Numbered from the stretch's first letter, positions 34,447 to 43,926 are shown. The stretch: 44,641 bases of DNA from Chloroflexota bacterium (GCA_003169655.1 PNAZ01000162.1:30818-75458), one strand, 5' to 3'. A program made the numbers and translations. The notes: generated from the letters alone by a model not told the origin.

Positions 34447-34503
34447 CGGCCCATTGTCGGGGCCGCGCCGAGCGGCCGCTCGCTCGCCTATCATTCGCCG
34501 CGG

Positions 34504-36717
34504 ATGGATCCCCTCGTTCACGTGCCAACACTGCCCGGCGCGCCGTTTCGCCTGCCGCCCCAGCTCGAAGGCTTGCGCCGGCTCGCCTACAACCTGTGGT
34601 GGAGCTGGCATCCGGCGGCCAAGGTCCTCTTCAATCGGATCGACGCGGCGGCCTGGACCCGCTATCGCAACCCGGTCGCCGTCCTCGAGGGCGCCGTTGA
34701 CTGGCGGACGCTGCTCGAGGACCAGGACTTCCTGGTCGAGTACCAGGCCGTGATCGGCGACCTCGACGCCTACCTGGCCAACGGCAGCAACCACTGGTTC
34801 CAGCGCCAGTACGGCGGGTCGCTCGAGGGCCCGATCGCCTACTTCTGCGCCGAATACGGCTTCTACGAGAGCCTCGGGATCTACTCCGGCGGCCTCGGCG
34901 TCCTGGCCGGCGACCACCTCAAGACCGCCTCGGACATGGCCCTCCCGTTCATCGGCGTCGGGCTGATGTATCGCAAGGGCTACTTCCGCCAGACGATCGA
35001 CGCCGACGGTCACCAGGAGCATGCCTACCCCGACTACGACCTGGCCCGGCTGCCAGTGCTCCGGGCGGCGGACCGCTACGGCGATCCGCTGATGGTCACG
35101 ATCGACCTGCCCGGCCGGACCCTTCACGTCGCGATCTGGGTGGCCCAGGTCGGCCGCGTGCCAACGCTCCTGCTCGACACCGACATCAACGAGAACGAGG
35201 AGGCCGATCGCCCGATCAGTCACATCCTGTACGTCCGCGGACGCGAGATGCGTCTCCACCAGGAGCTCGTCCTGGGCGTTGCCGGGACCCGCGCGATCCG
35301 GGCCCTGGGGATCAACCCGGCGGCGTGGCACCTGAACGAGGGCCACAGCGCGTTCCTGCTCGCCGAGCGAGCCCGCGAGCTGGTCGCGGTCGGAGGCACG
35401 TTCGACGAGGCCTTCGAGCACGTCCGGTCGACCAGCGTGTTCACGATCCATACCCCGGTCTCGGCCGGCAACGAGCGCTTCGACGCCGATCTCGTCCGGA
35501 AGGTCGCCGGTCCGGTCCTCGGGGCGGAGCGGCCGGAGGCCGCCGGCCTGATCGACATCGAGCGGCTGTTGGTCCTCGGCCGGGGCGTTGACGACGATCC
35601 CCGCCAGTTCGACATGACCGCCCTCTCGCTGCGCCTGTCGTGTGCCGCTAATGCCGTGAGCCAGCTCCATGCGATCACCGCCAACGCGACCTGGTCGCCG
35701 ATGCTCGGCGAGCGCCGGATCCTGGGGATCACGAATGGCGTCCACGCGCCGACCTGGGTCGGGACCGAGATGAACGGGCTGTACGCGAACATCCTGGGCG
35801 CCGACCTCGACGACCTCGACCCGCAGACCAGGACCGGCCGTTTCTGGGAACGATTGAGCCGGATCCAGGATCGCGACCTGTGGGCCGCCCATCAGCGCCA
35901 GAAGAGCGAGCTGTCGATGTTCGCCCGCAAGCGCCTGCGCAGCCAGTTCGCCCGCCACGGTGAGGCGCCGCTCGTGCTCGAGCAGCTCGAGGAAGCCCTC
36001 GACCCGGAGATCCTGACGATCGGCTTCGCCCGCCGCTTCGCGACCTACAAGCGGGCCGGGCTGCTGTTTACCGACGTCGAGCGACTGGCCCGCCTGCTGT
36101 GGCACCCGGAGCGGCCGGTCCAGATCATCTTCGCCGGCAAGGCCCATCCCGCCGACCGGCCGGGTCAGGGCGTGATCCAGCAGATCTTCGAGCGCTCACG
36201 CTCAGCCGCCCTGCGCGGCCGGGTGTTCATCCTCGAGGATTACGACATGCGGATCGCCCGCTTCCTGGTCCAGGGCGTCGATGTCTGGCTGAACAACCCC
36301 CGCCGGCCGCTCGAGGCCTCCGGCACGAGCGGGATGAAGGCCGCCCAGAACGGCGTGGTCAATGCGTCGGTCCTGGATGGCTGGTGGGACGAGGGCTGGA
36401 CCGGCGACAACGGCTGGGCGATCGGCAGCCGCGACCAGAATCCGGACGAAGGCGCCCAGGATTGGGCCGACGCCGTCGACCTGTACCGGATCCTCGAGGA
36501 CGAGATCGTGCCCCGCTACTACGAGCGTGGCCCGAGCGGCATCCCGACCGGCTGGACGGAGCGGATGCGCAGCTCGATCGCCTCGACCATCTGGCGCTTC
36601 TCGACGACCCGGATGCTGCACGAGTACACCGAGCAGCTCTACCTGCCGGCGGCCGGGGTGGCGGTCGTCGCCCGGCCCGAGCAGCCGGGGGTTGGGGCCG
36701 GAACGCCCGCGGGTTAG
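34504..36717 (+). CDS. glgP: Alpha-glucan (glycogen/maltodextrin) phosphorylase, GT35
   Basis: ATG 34504 ([12 protein letters not shown]...[11 protein letters not shown]). PLP-lysine motif [14 protein letters not shown]. Confidence 0.9.
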   Translation: MDPLVHVPTLPGAPFRLPPQLEGLRRLAYNLWWSWHPAAKVLFNRIDAAAWTRYRNPVAVLEGAVDWRTLLEDQDFLVEYQAVIGDLDAYLANGSNHWFQRQYGGSLEGPIAYFCAEYGFYESLGIYSGGLGVLAGDHLKTASDMALPFIGVGLMYRKGYFRQTIDADGHQEHAYPDYDLARLPVLRAADRYGDPLMVTIDLPGRTLHVAIWVAQVGRVPTLLLDTDINENEEADRPISHILYVRGREMRLHQELVLGVAGTRAIRALGINPAAWHLNEGHSAFLLAERARELVAVGGTFDEAFEHVRSTSVFTIHTPVSAGNERFDADLVRKVAGPVLGAERPEAAGLIDIERLLVLGRGVDDDPRQFDMTALSLRLSCAANAVSQLHAITANATWSPMLGERRILGITNGVHAPTWVGTEMNGLYANILGADLDDLDPQTRTGRFWERLSRIQDRDLWAAHQRQKSELSMFARKRLRSQFARHGEAPLVLEQLEEALDPEILTIGFARRFATYKRAGLLFTDVERLARLLWHPERPVQIIFAGKAHPADRPGQGVIQQIFERSRSAALRGRVFILEDYDMRIARFLVQGVDVWLNNPRRPLEASGTSGMKAAQNGVVNASVLDGWWDEGWTGDNGWAIGSRDQNPDEGAQDWADAVDLYRILEDEIVPRYYERGPSGIPTGWTERMRSSIASTIWRFSTTRMLHEYTEQLYLPAAGVAVVARPEQPGVGAGTPAG

Positions 36718-37000
36718 ATCCCGACCGGCTCGCGGACGAGGACGACCGTGGTCCTGCCCGCGGTCCATTCGCCGTAGATGATCAGGACCTTCTCGAGGAT
36801 GGTGTGGACGCCGAGCCGGGCCACGACCTGGGCATCCTCGTACGGGAAGACCACATCGTCGATCCGGCGCAGGGCGGCGTCCAGAGGGCCTCGATGTTGT
36901 GGGCCCGAATGGCCGCGGCGACATGCTCGACCCGATCGGTCGAGGGGGCCCCGCCCGCAGCGGCCTCCGTCCCGGCCGTCCTGGTCCCGACGGCGGTCAC
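36714..37000 (-). pseudogene. Small gene apparently interrupted by a frameshift near 36884-36892
   Basis: GTG 37000 overlaps the upstream stop as GTGA and reads ...[18 protein letters not shown]. Protein-like sequence then continues in another frame ([58 protein letters not shown], stop 36714). Each frame looks like Arg/Ser/Pro-rich off-frame noise beyond the junction. Confidence 0.35.
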
Positions 37001-37434
37001 AGCGGCAGGGCCGCGGCCACGATCGCGGCCACGATGCCGACCGCCAGGCTGCCGACCAGGATCTGGTTCGCCCGATTGCGGTCGCGCGCCCGGGCGGCAA
37101 CGTCCTCGACCTGTTCGGTCTGGCCGAGCTCACCGAAGTTAAAGATGCCGCGCGAGGCGAAGCCGGCACAGAACTTGAAGATCGCCTGGAGATAGCCCGC
37201 GGCGGCACCCGCGGCGGGCAGGCCCACGATCAGCCTGGCGAGGGGCGGCACATGGGCCGCGACGAGGACCACGAAAAGGCCGACCGTGACGATCAGCCCG
37301 ATATGGCCGGCACGCCGGCGGCGGGAGATCTCGGCCGGGCCGATATTGCAGGCACCGGGCCGGTATTCGGCATCGGATGTGCCGGCGGCCGACGCCGGGG
37401 TGGGCGCGGCAGCGGCGAGGGCGGTGAGCATCAT
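36997..37434 (-). CDS. Hypothetical membrane protein (3-4 TM helices)
   Basis: ATGATG at 37434 with GAGG upstream. Sequence: [35 protein letters not shown]..., a central FKFCAGF, and a C-terminal TM helix. Family not recognised. Confidence 0.6.
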   Translation of the reverse strand: MMLTALAAAAPTPASAAGTSDAEYRPGACNIGPAEISRRRRAGHIGLIVTVGLFVVLVAAHVPPLARLIVGLPAAGAAAGYLQAIFKFCAGFASRGIFNFGELGQTEQVEDVAARARDRNRANQILVGSLAVGIVAAIVAAALPL

Positions 37435-37536
37435 CGTTCGTGCCTCGTTGAGGGCCGGATCCGACCGGCGAGACAACTATTGCACACGCAACCAGTTTGC
37501 GCCGTTGGCGGTCCGTCGCGAAGATCCGGACGTGAC

Positions 37537-37584
37537 GGTGCCTCCAGCGGCCTCACCCAGAGGAGGTCAGCAGCCAGAGGCACC
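37537..37584 (-). other. 48-nt imperfect nested hairpin upstream of the membrane-protein gene
   Basis: Outer arms GGTGCCTC / GAGGCACC (8 bp) enclose inner arms CCTC / GAGG. Lies in the 158-nt gap between the 43-aa ORF and the gene starting at 37434. Confidence 0.35.
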
Positions 37585-37594
37585 GTGGGCAGCC

Positions 37595-37614
37595 GGGCGG
37601 CCTGCGCGCCGCCC
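37595..37614 (-). terminator. GC-rich hairpin 20 nt downstream of the 43-aa ORF (possible factor-independent terminator without U-tract)
   Basis: GGGCGGC-CTGCGC-GCCGCCC: 7-bp stem, 6-nt loop. No U-run follows. Confidence 0.3.
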
Positions 37615-37634
37615 AGCCGAGGGTAGGCGACGAG

Positions 37635-37766
37635 CTAGCGCATCCCCGCGCGCGGGGTGTACGAGTCGACTCGGCTGTCGCGCGAGTCGACGCCCCAGCG
37701 CTGCGCCAGTGCTCCGAATAGTGCGAGGATGGCGACGGTGATGACGATGCCTGCGATGAGTGCCAT
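37635..37766 (-). CDS. 43-aa small membrane protein (not in the ORF track)
   Basis: Translated by hand: MALIAGIVITVAILALFGALAQRWGVDSRDSRVDSYTPRAGMR, TAG at 37635-37637. One TM helix followed by a W/R-G-x-DSRD tail. This resembles small proteins I recall as widespread in Actinomycetota. A GC-rich hairpin follows. Confidence 0.5.
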   Translation of the reverse strand: MALIAGIVITVAILALFGALAQRWGVDSRDSRVDSYTPRAGMR

Positions 37767-37854
37767 GGTTGATCTCGATAGCTGCTCGAGTGCCGGACTC
37801 GCACTCGAAGTTGATATAGTGTCCTAGGCCAAATCCTACTTGGACCACCCTACT

Positions 37855-38889
37855 ATGTCAACCACCCATCAGGGCCTCGACGTCGAGCGTGATTCGGACG
37901 TCCCGATCAGCACCCAGATCTTCTGGCAGGTCGCCTACCAGATCGACTCCGGCCGCCTGCTGCCGGGCGCCCGCCTGGCGCCCGTCCGCGAGCTGGGCGC
38001 GGCGCTGCGGGTCAATCCGAACACGATCCGGGCCGTCTACAAGCGGCTGGCCGACGCAGGCTACGTGACCAGCCGCCATGGCGCGGGCACCCACGTCGCC
38101 GACCGGCCGCCCCAGCGGCGGGGCCAGGAAGCCCTGGCCGGGATCGTGGCCGAGATGCTCCGGCGGGCGAGAGCGGCCGGGTTCACGGCCGACGAGGTCG
38201 CCTCGGCCACGTTTGCCGAGGCGGCGGAGCGCAAGCGGCCCGGCCCGCTCGTCCGGATCCTGTTCGCCGAATGCACCAACGCCGACGCGGTCTACGACGC
38301 GGCGGCGATCGTCGATGCCTTCCCCGCCGCGGTCGAGGCCGAGGGCACCCTCCTCCACGAGATTCCCGAGCGGCTCGAGCGCTTCCGCTACGACCTGATC
38401 GCGACGACAACGTTCCATGCCGACGAGGCCCAGGCGTATTCGGTCGGCCTGGGGATCCCGCTCATCGCGATGATCGTCGGGCCGGGCTACATGGAGCTCG
38501 TCCACGAGATTGCGGCCCTGCCACCGGGCGCCGCGGTCGGCCTTGTATGCGCCTCGGAGACCGGCACCGACAACATCGCCGAGACCCTCCGCCTGGCGGG
38601 CGCGACCGGGGTCGAGATCGTGCGCGCCGTGATCGGCTCGGACGAAGGCCTGCAGCACATCGACGACGTCGCCGACCTGATCCTCCTGTCGCGCGAGGCG
38701 ATCGCCCTGGGGCTCGATGACCGCTTCAGCCGGCCCGAGCGCGTCCGGGCCTGGAAGTACGAGTTCGACCCCTCGGGCCTCGAGCTGCTCCGGCGGGCGA
38801 TCGAACATGTCCAGGACGAGCGGCCGCCGTCGGACGGGCTGGAAGAGCGACCAACCCTCCTCCCGACCTCGATCGGCGCCGTCCGCTGA
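37855..38889 (+). CDS. GntR-family transcriptional regulator with atypical C-terminal effector domain
   Basis: wHTH IFWQVAYQIDSGRLLPGARLAPVRELGAALRVNPNTIRAVYKRLADAGYVTSRHGAGTHV. The ~250-aa C-terminus has an alternating alpha/beta pattern, unlike FCD or UTRA. ATG 37855 is preferred over TTG 37840. Confidence 0.8.
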   Translation: MSTTHQGLDVERDSDVPISTQIFWQVAYQIDSGRLLPGARLAPVRELGAALRVNPNTIRAVYKRLADAGYVTSRHGAGTHVADRPPQRRGQEALAGIVAEMLRRARAAGFTADEVASATFAEAAERKRPGPLVRILFAECTNADAVYDAAAIVDAFPAAVEAEGTLLHEIPERLERFRYDLIATTTFHADEAQAYSVGLGIPLIAMIVGPGYMELVHEIAALPPGAAVGLVCASETGTDNIAETLRLAGATGVEIVRAVIGSDEGLQHIDDVADLILLSREAIALGLDDRFSRPERVRAWKYEFDPSGLELLRRAIEHVQDERPPSDGLEERPTLLPTSIGAVR

Positions 38890-38890
38890 G

Positions 38891-41800
38891 GTGGCCCCTC
38901 GGCAGCCCACCGAGCGAGAGTTCCGCCTCGCCCGCCTCGCCCGGGAACGCTACGGCCTGGCCGACCTGACCTTCGACCCCCGGCTGTCCACCGCCCGGAC
39001 GATTGCCGCGCGGCTTGCTGCGAGTCGCAGTCCAACCGCGGGTCGTGGCGGAGGAACGGCCCAGGCCGGCGCCGCTGCAGGGCTCACGGCCGGCGCAACG
39101 CCCGCAGCCGGGACCGACGCAACGCCCGCGGCAGTGGCCCCGGATCCACCGGTTACCGCGGGCGAGCTGCACGCCGCCGGGATTCTTGTCTCGATCCTTG
39201 GACGGCTGATCGATCGCTACCGCGAGTCGGCCGAGCCCGACGCATTAGACCTGGCGGCCGATCAGCTCGAGGTCGTCGTCGGTCCGGACGAGCTTGCGGC
39301 GACGGTGGAGGCCTTCCCGGTCGAGTTTCCCCGGCACCTCGACGCGCCGGAGCCGCCGGACCCGGACGTCGCCATCGCCCAGCTGCTCCTCCTCGGGGTG
39401 CTGTCCGAGAATCCGGCCATCCTGCCGTTCGGTGAGCTGATCGACCTGGGTCCATTGCGGGATCGGGCAGCCGCTGTGCCGGGGGTCCGGGCAGCCCTCG
39501 ATGAGATGCTCGACGGCCGGCCGGCTTTCCCCGACGATTCCCGCTCGCTGATCGAGCTGCTGCGCGAGCCCGCCCTGGCGGCGCCTGGCTCGCTCGCCGA
39601 CCAGCTCCGCTACATCCGGAGCGCCTGGGGCGAGCGCTTCGCGCCACTCCTGGGCGACCTGCTCGAGCAGCTCCTGGTCGCCCTCGATGTCCTGGCCGAG
39701 GAGAGCCATTCAGCCGAGCTCGCCTGGCTCGCCATCCAGCCGGACGCCGGCGGCGCTGGGCCGTCGGAGGTCTACACCTTCGAAGGTGACGCCGCCGAGG
39801 CCGAGCAGTTCAGCCTCGACACGGACTGGATGCCGCGGCTGATCCTGGTCGCCAAGAGCACCTACGTCTGGCTGGATCAGCTCTCGCGCCAGTACGAGCG
39901 CGAGGTGCGGACGTTGGACGCGATCCCCGACGAAGAGCTCGACACGCTCGCCCGGCGGGGGATCACCGGCCTGTGGCTGATCGGGCTGTGGGAGCGCAGC
40001 CGGGCCTCCGCCCGGATCAAGCAGCTCCGCGGCCAGCCCGATGCTGTCGCGTCGGCCTACTCGCTCGATGACTACGTGATCGCCGCCGACCTCGGTGGCC
40101 CGGGCGCCTTGAGCGACCTGCGCAACCGAGCGGCCCGACGCGGTATCCGCCTGGCCAGTGACATGGTGCCCAATCACATGGGGATCGACTCGCGCTGGGT
40201 GATCGAGCATCCCGACTGGTTCCTGGCGCTCCCCGAGTCGCCCTTCCCGGTGTACTCGTTCAACGGTCCGGACCTGTCCAGCGACGAGCGGGTCGGGATC
40301 CGGATCGAGGATCACTACTACGACGCGAGCGACGCCGCCGTCGTTTTTGAGCGCACCGACCGGCTGACAGGCGGGATCAGATACGTCTACCACGGCAACG
40401 ACGGCACGACCTTCCCCTGGAACGACACGGCCCAGCTCGACTACTCCCAGGCGGCCGTGCGCGAGGCGGTCATCCGGACAATCGTGGCCGTCGCCCAGCA
40501 GTTCCCGGTGATCCGCTTCGACGCGGCGATGGTCCTCGCCAAGCGCCATATCGAGCGGCTGTGGTTCCCTGAGCCAGGCGCCGGCGGGGCAATCCCCTCG
40601 CGCGCGGGCCGGGGTATGAGCCGGCGGGCCTTCGAGGCCCTGATGCCCAACGAGTTCTGGCGCGAGGTGGTCGATCGGGTCGCCGTCGAGGCACCCGGGA
40701 CGCTCCTCCTGGCCGAGGCGTTCTGGCTGCTCGAGGGCTACTTCGTGCGCACGCTGGGGATGCATCGGGTCTACAACAGCGCCTTCATGAACATGCTCCG
40801 CGACGAGCACAACGACGAGTACCGCCAGGTGATGAAGAACACCCTGGAGTTCGATCCGGCGATCCTGGGCCGCTTCGTCAACTTCATGACCAACCCCGAC
40901 GAGAAGACAGCCGTCGAGCAGTTCGGGACCGGCGACAAGTACTTCGGTGTCGCCGCGCTGCTGGCCACCCTGCCCGGCCTGCCGATGCTCGGCCACGGCC
41001 AGGCCGAGGGCTACCGCGAGCAGTACGGGATGGAGTTCCGTCGGCCCCGGCTCCAGGAGTCGGTCGATGAAGGCCTGCTCGCCCATCATGAGCGGACGAT
41101 CTTCCCGCTCCTGCATCGCCGCGCCGAGTTCGCCGGCTCCGAGCACTTCCGCCTCATCGACTTCGAGACCGGATCCGGCCAGGTCGACGAGAACGTCTTC
41201 GCCTACACGAATCGCGGTCCGAACGGCGAACGCTCACTGGTCATCTTCCACAACCGATCCGCGCAGACGAGCGGCCGGCTGCGCCGGTCCACGACGTATG
41301 CCGAACGCGGGCCCGACGGCGACAAACGGCCGGCCCGGGTTACGCTCGGCGATGCCCTGGGGCTGACGGCCGGGCCCGATCGCTGGCTGGCCGCCCGGGA
41401 CGCGATGACCGACCGGGAGGAGCTCCACGCGACGGGCGAGATCGTCGAGCACGGCTTTCCGGCCACGCTGGCGGCCTACGCCTGCCGGGTCTACGTCGAC
41501 CTGCGCGAAGTAACCGATGCGCGTGATACGCCATGGTCCCAGCTGGCCGCCCGCCTGGCCGGCGGCTCGGTCCCCAACCTGGCCGACGCCCTGGCCGACC
41601 TGGTCGTCGAGCCCGAGCATCAACGGGTCCGGGCGGACCTGGTCGCCGCCCTCGCTTCGGCCGCGACGCCGGCGGCCCAGGTCGTCGCCGCGGCCGGCCC
41701 GATTCGCGGCCTCGACGTTCAGCGCCTGCGTCTCTGGCCAGTCATTGGCGATGGCCTGGCGCAGGCGGGCTGGCAGCTCGCGAAGGTGGATCGGGCGGTG

Positions 41801-42172
41801 GGACTGGCCGTGGCCCTGTCCGGCGCGGACCCGGCGGCCATTGCCCTCGACGCTGCCGCGATCCGAGCGTGGTTCGCCGATCCGGGGATCCGGGCCGGCC
41901 TGCGGGTCAACGCCTGGGACGGCTCCGAGTTCGTTGAGCGCGAGGCGTGGCTGCTGTGGATCGCGGTCGTGGCCGAGGCGAGCGGACGCCCGAACGCGGC
42001 CCGCTCGCGCACGCTGGCCCGCGCCGCCGAGGAGGCCGGCTATCGCCTCGATCGTCTCCTGGCGGCCGTGGCGGTCAGGCCCCGGGCACGTCGCCCAGGA
42101 CCAGGTCGCGCAGGAGCGCCGGGGCGAGGGTCCCGTGGCCCATCGTCGCCTCGAGATGGCGGCGCTGGCTGA
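38891..42172 (+). CDS. Large GH13-like (alpha-amylase family) protein with long N- and C-terminal extensions
   Basis: GTG 38891 lies 1 nt after the regulator stop, so the start is uncertain. GH13 regions: DMVPNHMG (I), VIRFDAAMV (II), LLLAEAFW (III), FMTNPDE (IV). Confidence 0.8.
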   Translation: MAPRQPTEREFRLARLARERYGLADLTFDPRLSTARTIAARLAASRSPTAGRGGGTAQAGAAAGLTAGATPAAGTDATPAAVAPDPPVTAGELHAAGILVSILGRLIDRYRESAEPDALDLAADQLEVVVGPDELAATVEAFPVEFPRHLDAPEPPDPDVAIAQLLLLGVLSENPAILPFGELIDLGPLRDRAAAVPGVRAALDEMLDGRPAFPDDSRSLIELLREPALAAPGSLADQLRYIRSAWGERFAPLLGDLLEQLLVALDVLAEESHSAELAWLAIQPDAGGAGPSEVYTFEGDAAEAEQFSLDTDWMPRLILVAKSTYVWLDQLSRQYEREVRTLDAIPDEELDTLARRGITGLWLIGLWERSRASARIKQLRGQPDAVASAYSLDDYVIAADLGGPGALSDLRNRAARRGIRLASDMVPNHMGIDSRWVIEHPDWFLALPESPFPVYSFNGPDLSSDERVGIRIEDHYYDASDAAVVFERTDRLTGGIRYVYHGNDGTTFPWNDTAQLDYSQAAVREAVIRTIVAVAQQFPVIRFDAAMVLAKRHIERLWFPEPGAGGAIPSRAGRGMSRRAFEALMPNEFWREVVDRVAVEAPGTLLLAEAFWLLEGYFVRTLGMHRVYNSAFMNMLRDEHNDEYRQVMKNTLEFDPAILGRFVNFMTNPDEKTAVEQFGTGDKYFGVAALLATLPGLPMLGHGQAEGYREQYGMEFRRPRLQESVDEGLLAHHERTIFPLLHRRAEFAGSEHFRLIDFETGSGQVDENVFAYTNRGPNGERSLVIFHNRSAQTSGRLRRSTTYAERGPDGDKRPARVTLGDALGLTAGPDRWLAARDAMTDREELHATGEIVEHGFPATLAAYACRVYVDLREVTDARDTPWSQLAARLAGGSVPNLADALADLVVEPEHQRVRADLVAALASAATPAAQVVAAAGPIRGLDVQRLRLWPVIGDGLAQAGWQLAKVDRAVGLAVALSGADPAAIALDAAAIRAWFADPGIRAGLRVNAWDGSEFVEREAWLLWIAVVAEASGRPNAARSRTLARAAEEAGYRLDRLLAAVAVRPRARRPGPGRAGAPGRGSRGPSSPRDGGAG

Positions 42173-43853
42173 AGCCCGGCGTCGGGCCGAAGCCGCCCGG
42201 GATCGGGCGCTCGACGACCGTCGCGGCCTGATTGCCGGCCAGCTTCCGGCGGACGTCGCGTTCGAGCTCCCAGAGGGCCATTGAGCCGACGAAATAGGTC
42301 GACAGCTGGGTCGATGACAGGCGCGCCCGGTTGTACTTGTTGCGGGCCTCGGCCTCTTCCTGGAAGCCACCCTCGACCATCAGCTCGATGGCTTGCTCCT
42401 CGGTCAGCGGACCCCCGAAGTCCTCGCCGGCGTGGATCCGGACGTCGATGACCGCGTTGAGGGCGGCTCGCAGGTAGAACTTCCAGTGGGTGAGCAGCAG
42501 CGCCGGATCGTCCGCGCCGTACCCCACGTCGATCATCACCTGGGTCACGTAGACCGCCCAACCCTCGGCGAACACCCCGCTCTGGAAGACCGCCCGGACG
42601 AGCGATGGACAGAGGTTCGAGTAGGCGCCCTGGAGATAGTGGCCCGGTACCGCCTCGTGGATCGTCAGGACTCGCAGCATCCGGTCGTTGTCCTCGCGCA
42701 GGTAGCTCTCGGCCTGCTCGGGCGTCCAGTCGTCCGGGATCGGGGTGATCGCGAAGAACGCCTTCTGGCCGCGGTCAAACGGTCCCGGAGAGTCGAGCAT
42801 CGCGCCGCCGAAGGCCCGCAGGAAGAGCGGTGTCCAGCGAATCTCGAGCGGCTCGTCCGAGAGGCCGACAAGGTCCTGGGCTCGGCAGAATTCCTCGATC
42901 CGGCCCAGCTCGGCCCGGCAGAAGTCGAGCAGGTCGGCCGGTGCCTGGTGCTCGCCGCCGAGCGCGTCGAGGACGCCCCGCACCAGCTCGCCATCCGTTG
43001 CCGGTCGCGGCCGGCCAGGACACCAGGTCGACCACATCCCGCCGGCCAGGCGGACCATCTCGGCCCGGACCGCGTCGGCCTCAGTGCTCGCCCGATCGTG
43101 GATCCGGGTCGGAGTCAGCTCGGGATCGCGCAGCGTCCGTTGCATCTTGGCGGCGAACAGGTCAGGCCCCAGGCGGCCCTCGCCGCTGGACCGCGGGATC
43201 ACCTCGTTGCGCAGGATCGACTCGGCCCGGGCCACGGCCTCGACGCCGGTCGCGGCGGCCGACCGCAGCCGCTCGAGGACGGCGGCGACGGCCGGCACGG
43301 TCGGCGCGGCTGCCTCTGCTTCGGCCAGGGCGTCGCCGATCAATTCGCCGATGCCGGGCAGCTGGCCGAGGGCGGTCTCGGCATGGAAGCGCGCCACCGG
43401 TCGACCGTCGGTCGTCCCAACCAGGCCGGCTCGGGCGGCATCGATGAGCGTGGGCAGGCCTTCGAGCCGGCCGGCGATCGAGGCCAGCCGGTCCGCGAGC
43501 GGCGCGAACTCCCGGGCGACGAGCGGAAAGATGCCGGCGCCCATCACGTAGACCCATTCGAGCGGGTCCCAGGCCAGCTGCTGGAGCTCCAGGTCCTCGA
43601 AGCGCATCTCGTCGAGGACGAGCAGCAGGAGCCGCTGGTCGACCGCGTCGTCCTGGTTCAGCTCGGTCGCTGGAATCGCCGCGAAGACGCTCGCCCAGCG
43701 CTCCGCGAAGGCCAGCCTGGCCACCCGTCCCGCCTCGGTCAGGTCCGGCCATTCGGCGTCGTGGTCGTGCATCCCGGCGGCGGTTGCCGCGAGCGGATCG
43801 AGGGCAAAGAACTCGGTGAAGAACGTGCCGGTCTGGTCGGCAAAGGACGCCAC
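42075..43853 (-). CDS. DUF885-family protein (HExxH metalloprotein-like)
   Basis: GTG 43853 has AGGAG 6 nt upstream. The 638-aa track ORF would overlap the GNAT gene. HEAVPGH motif and a typical DUF885 C-terminus. Confidence 0.85.
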   Translation of the reverse strand: MASFADQTGTFFTEFFALDPLAATAAGMHDHDAEWPDLTEAGRVARLAFAERWASVFAAIPATELNQDDAVDQRLLLLVLDEMRFEDLELQQLAWDPLEWVYVMGAGIFPLVAREFAPLADRLASIAGRLEGLPTLIDAARAGLVGTTDGRPVARFHAETALGQLPGIGELIGDALAEAEAAAPTVPAVAAVLERLRSAAATGVEAVARAESILRNEVIPRSSGEGRLGPDLFAAKMQRTLRDPELTPTRIHDRASTEADAVRAEMVRLAGGMWSTWCPGRPRPATDGELVRGVLDALGGEHQAPADLLDFCRAELGRIEEFCRAQDLVGLSDEPLEIRWTPLFLRAFGGAMLDSPGPFDRGQKAFFAITPIPDDWTPEQAESYLREDNDRMLRVLTIHEAVPGHYLQGAYSNLCPSLVRAVFQSGVFAEGWAVYVTQVMIDVGYGADDPALLLTHWKFYLRAALNAVIDVRIHAGEDFGGPLTEEQAIELMVEGGFQEEAEARNKYNRARLSSTQLSTYFVGSMALWELERDVRRKLAGNQAATVVERPIPGGFGPTPGFSQRRHLEATMGHGTLAPALLRDLVLGDVPGA

Positions 43854-43926
43854 TGGCAGCTCCTGGAAGCGGTCGGATGGATCGCGGCTGGGGACGACGA
43901 GTCTAGCGCTCCCGTACACTCGGCCG

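Noticed and set aside
34447-36147. N-terminal part of the 1079-aa minus-strand ORF
   Set aside because: It is antisense to glgP. glgA begins at ATG 34446 with the canonical MRI..A.E..P..K.GGLGDV N-terminus.
38717-38890. 5' extension of the GH13-like ORF overlapping the GntR regulator
   Set aside because: It overlaps the 3' end of a well-supported regulator gene in another frame. The first plausible start after the regulator stop is GTG 38891.
39710-41146. 478-aa minus-strand ORF
   Set aside because: It is antisense to the GH13 catalytic core, which carries regions I-IV.
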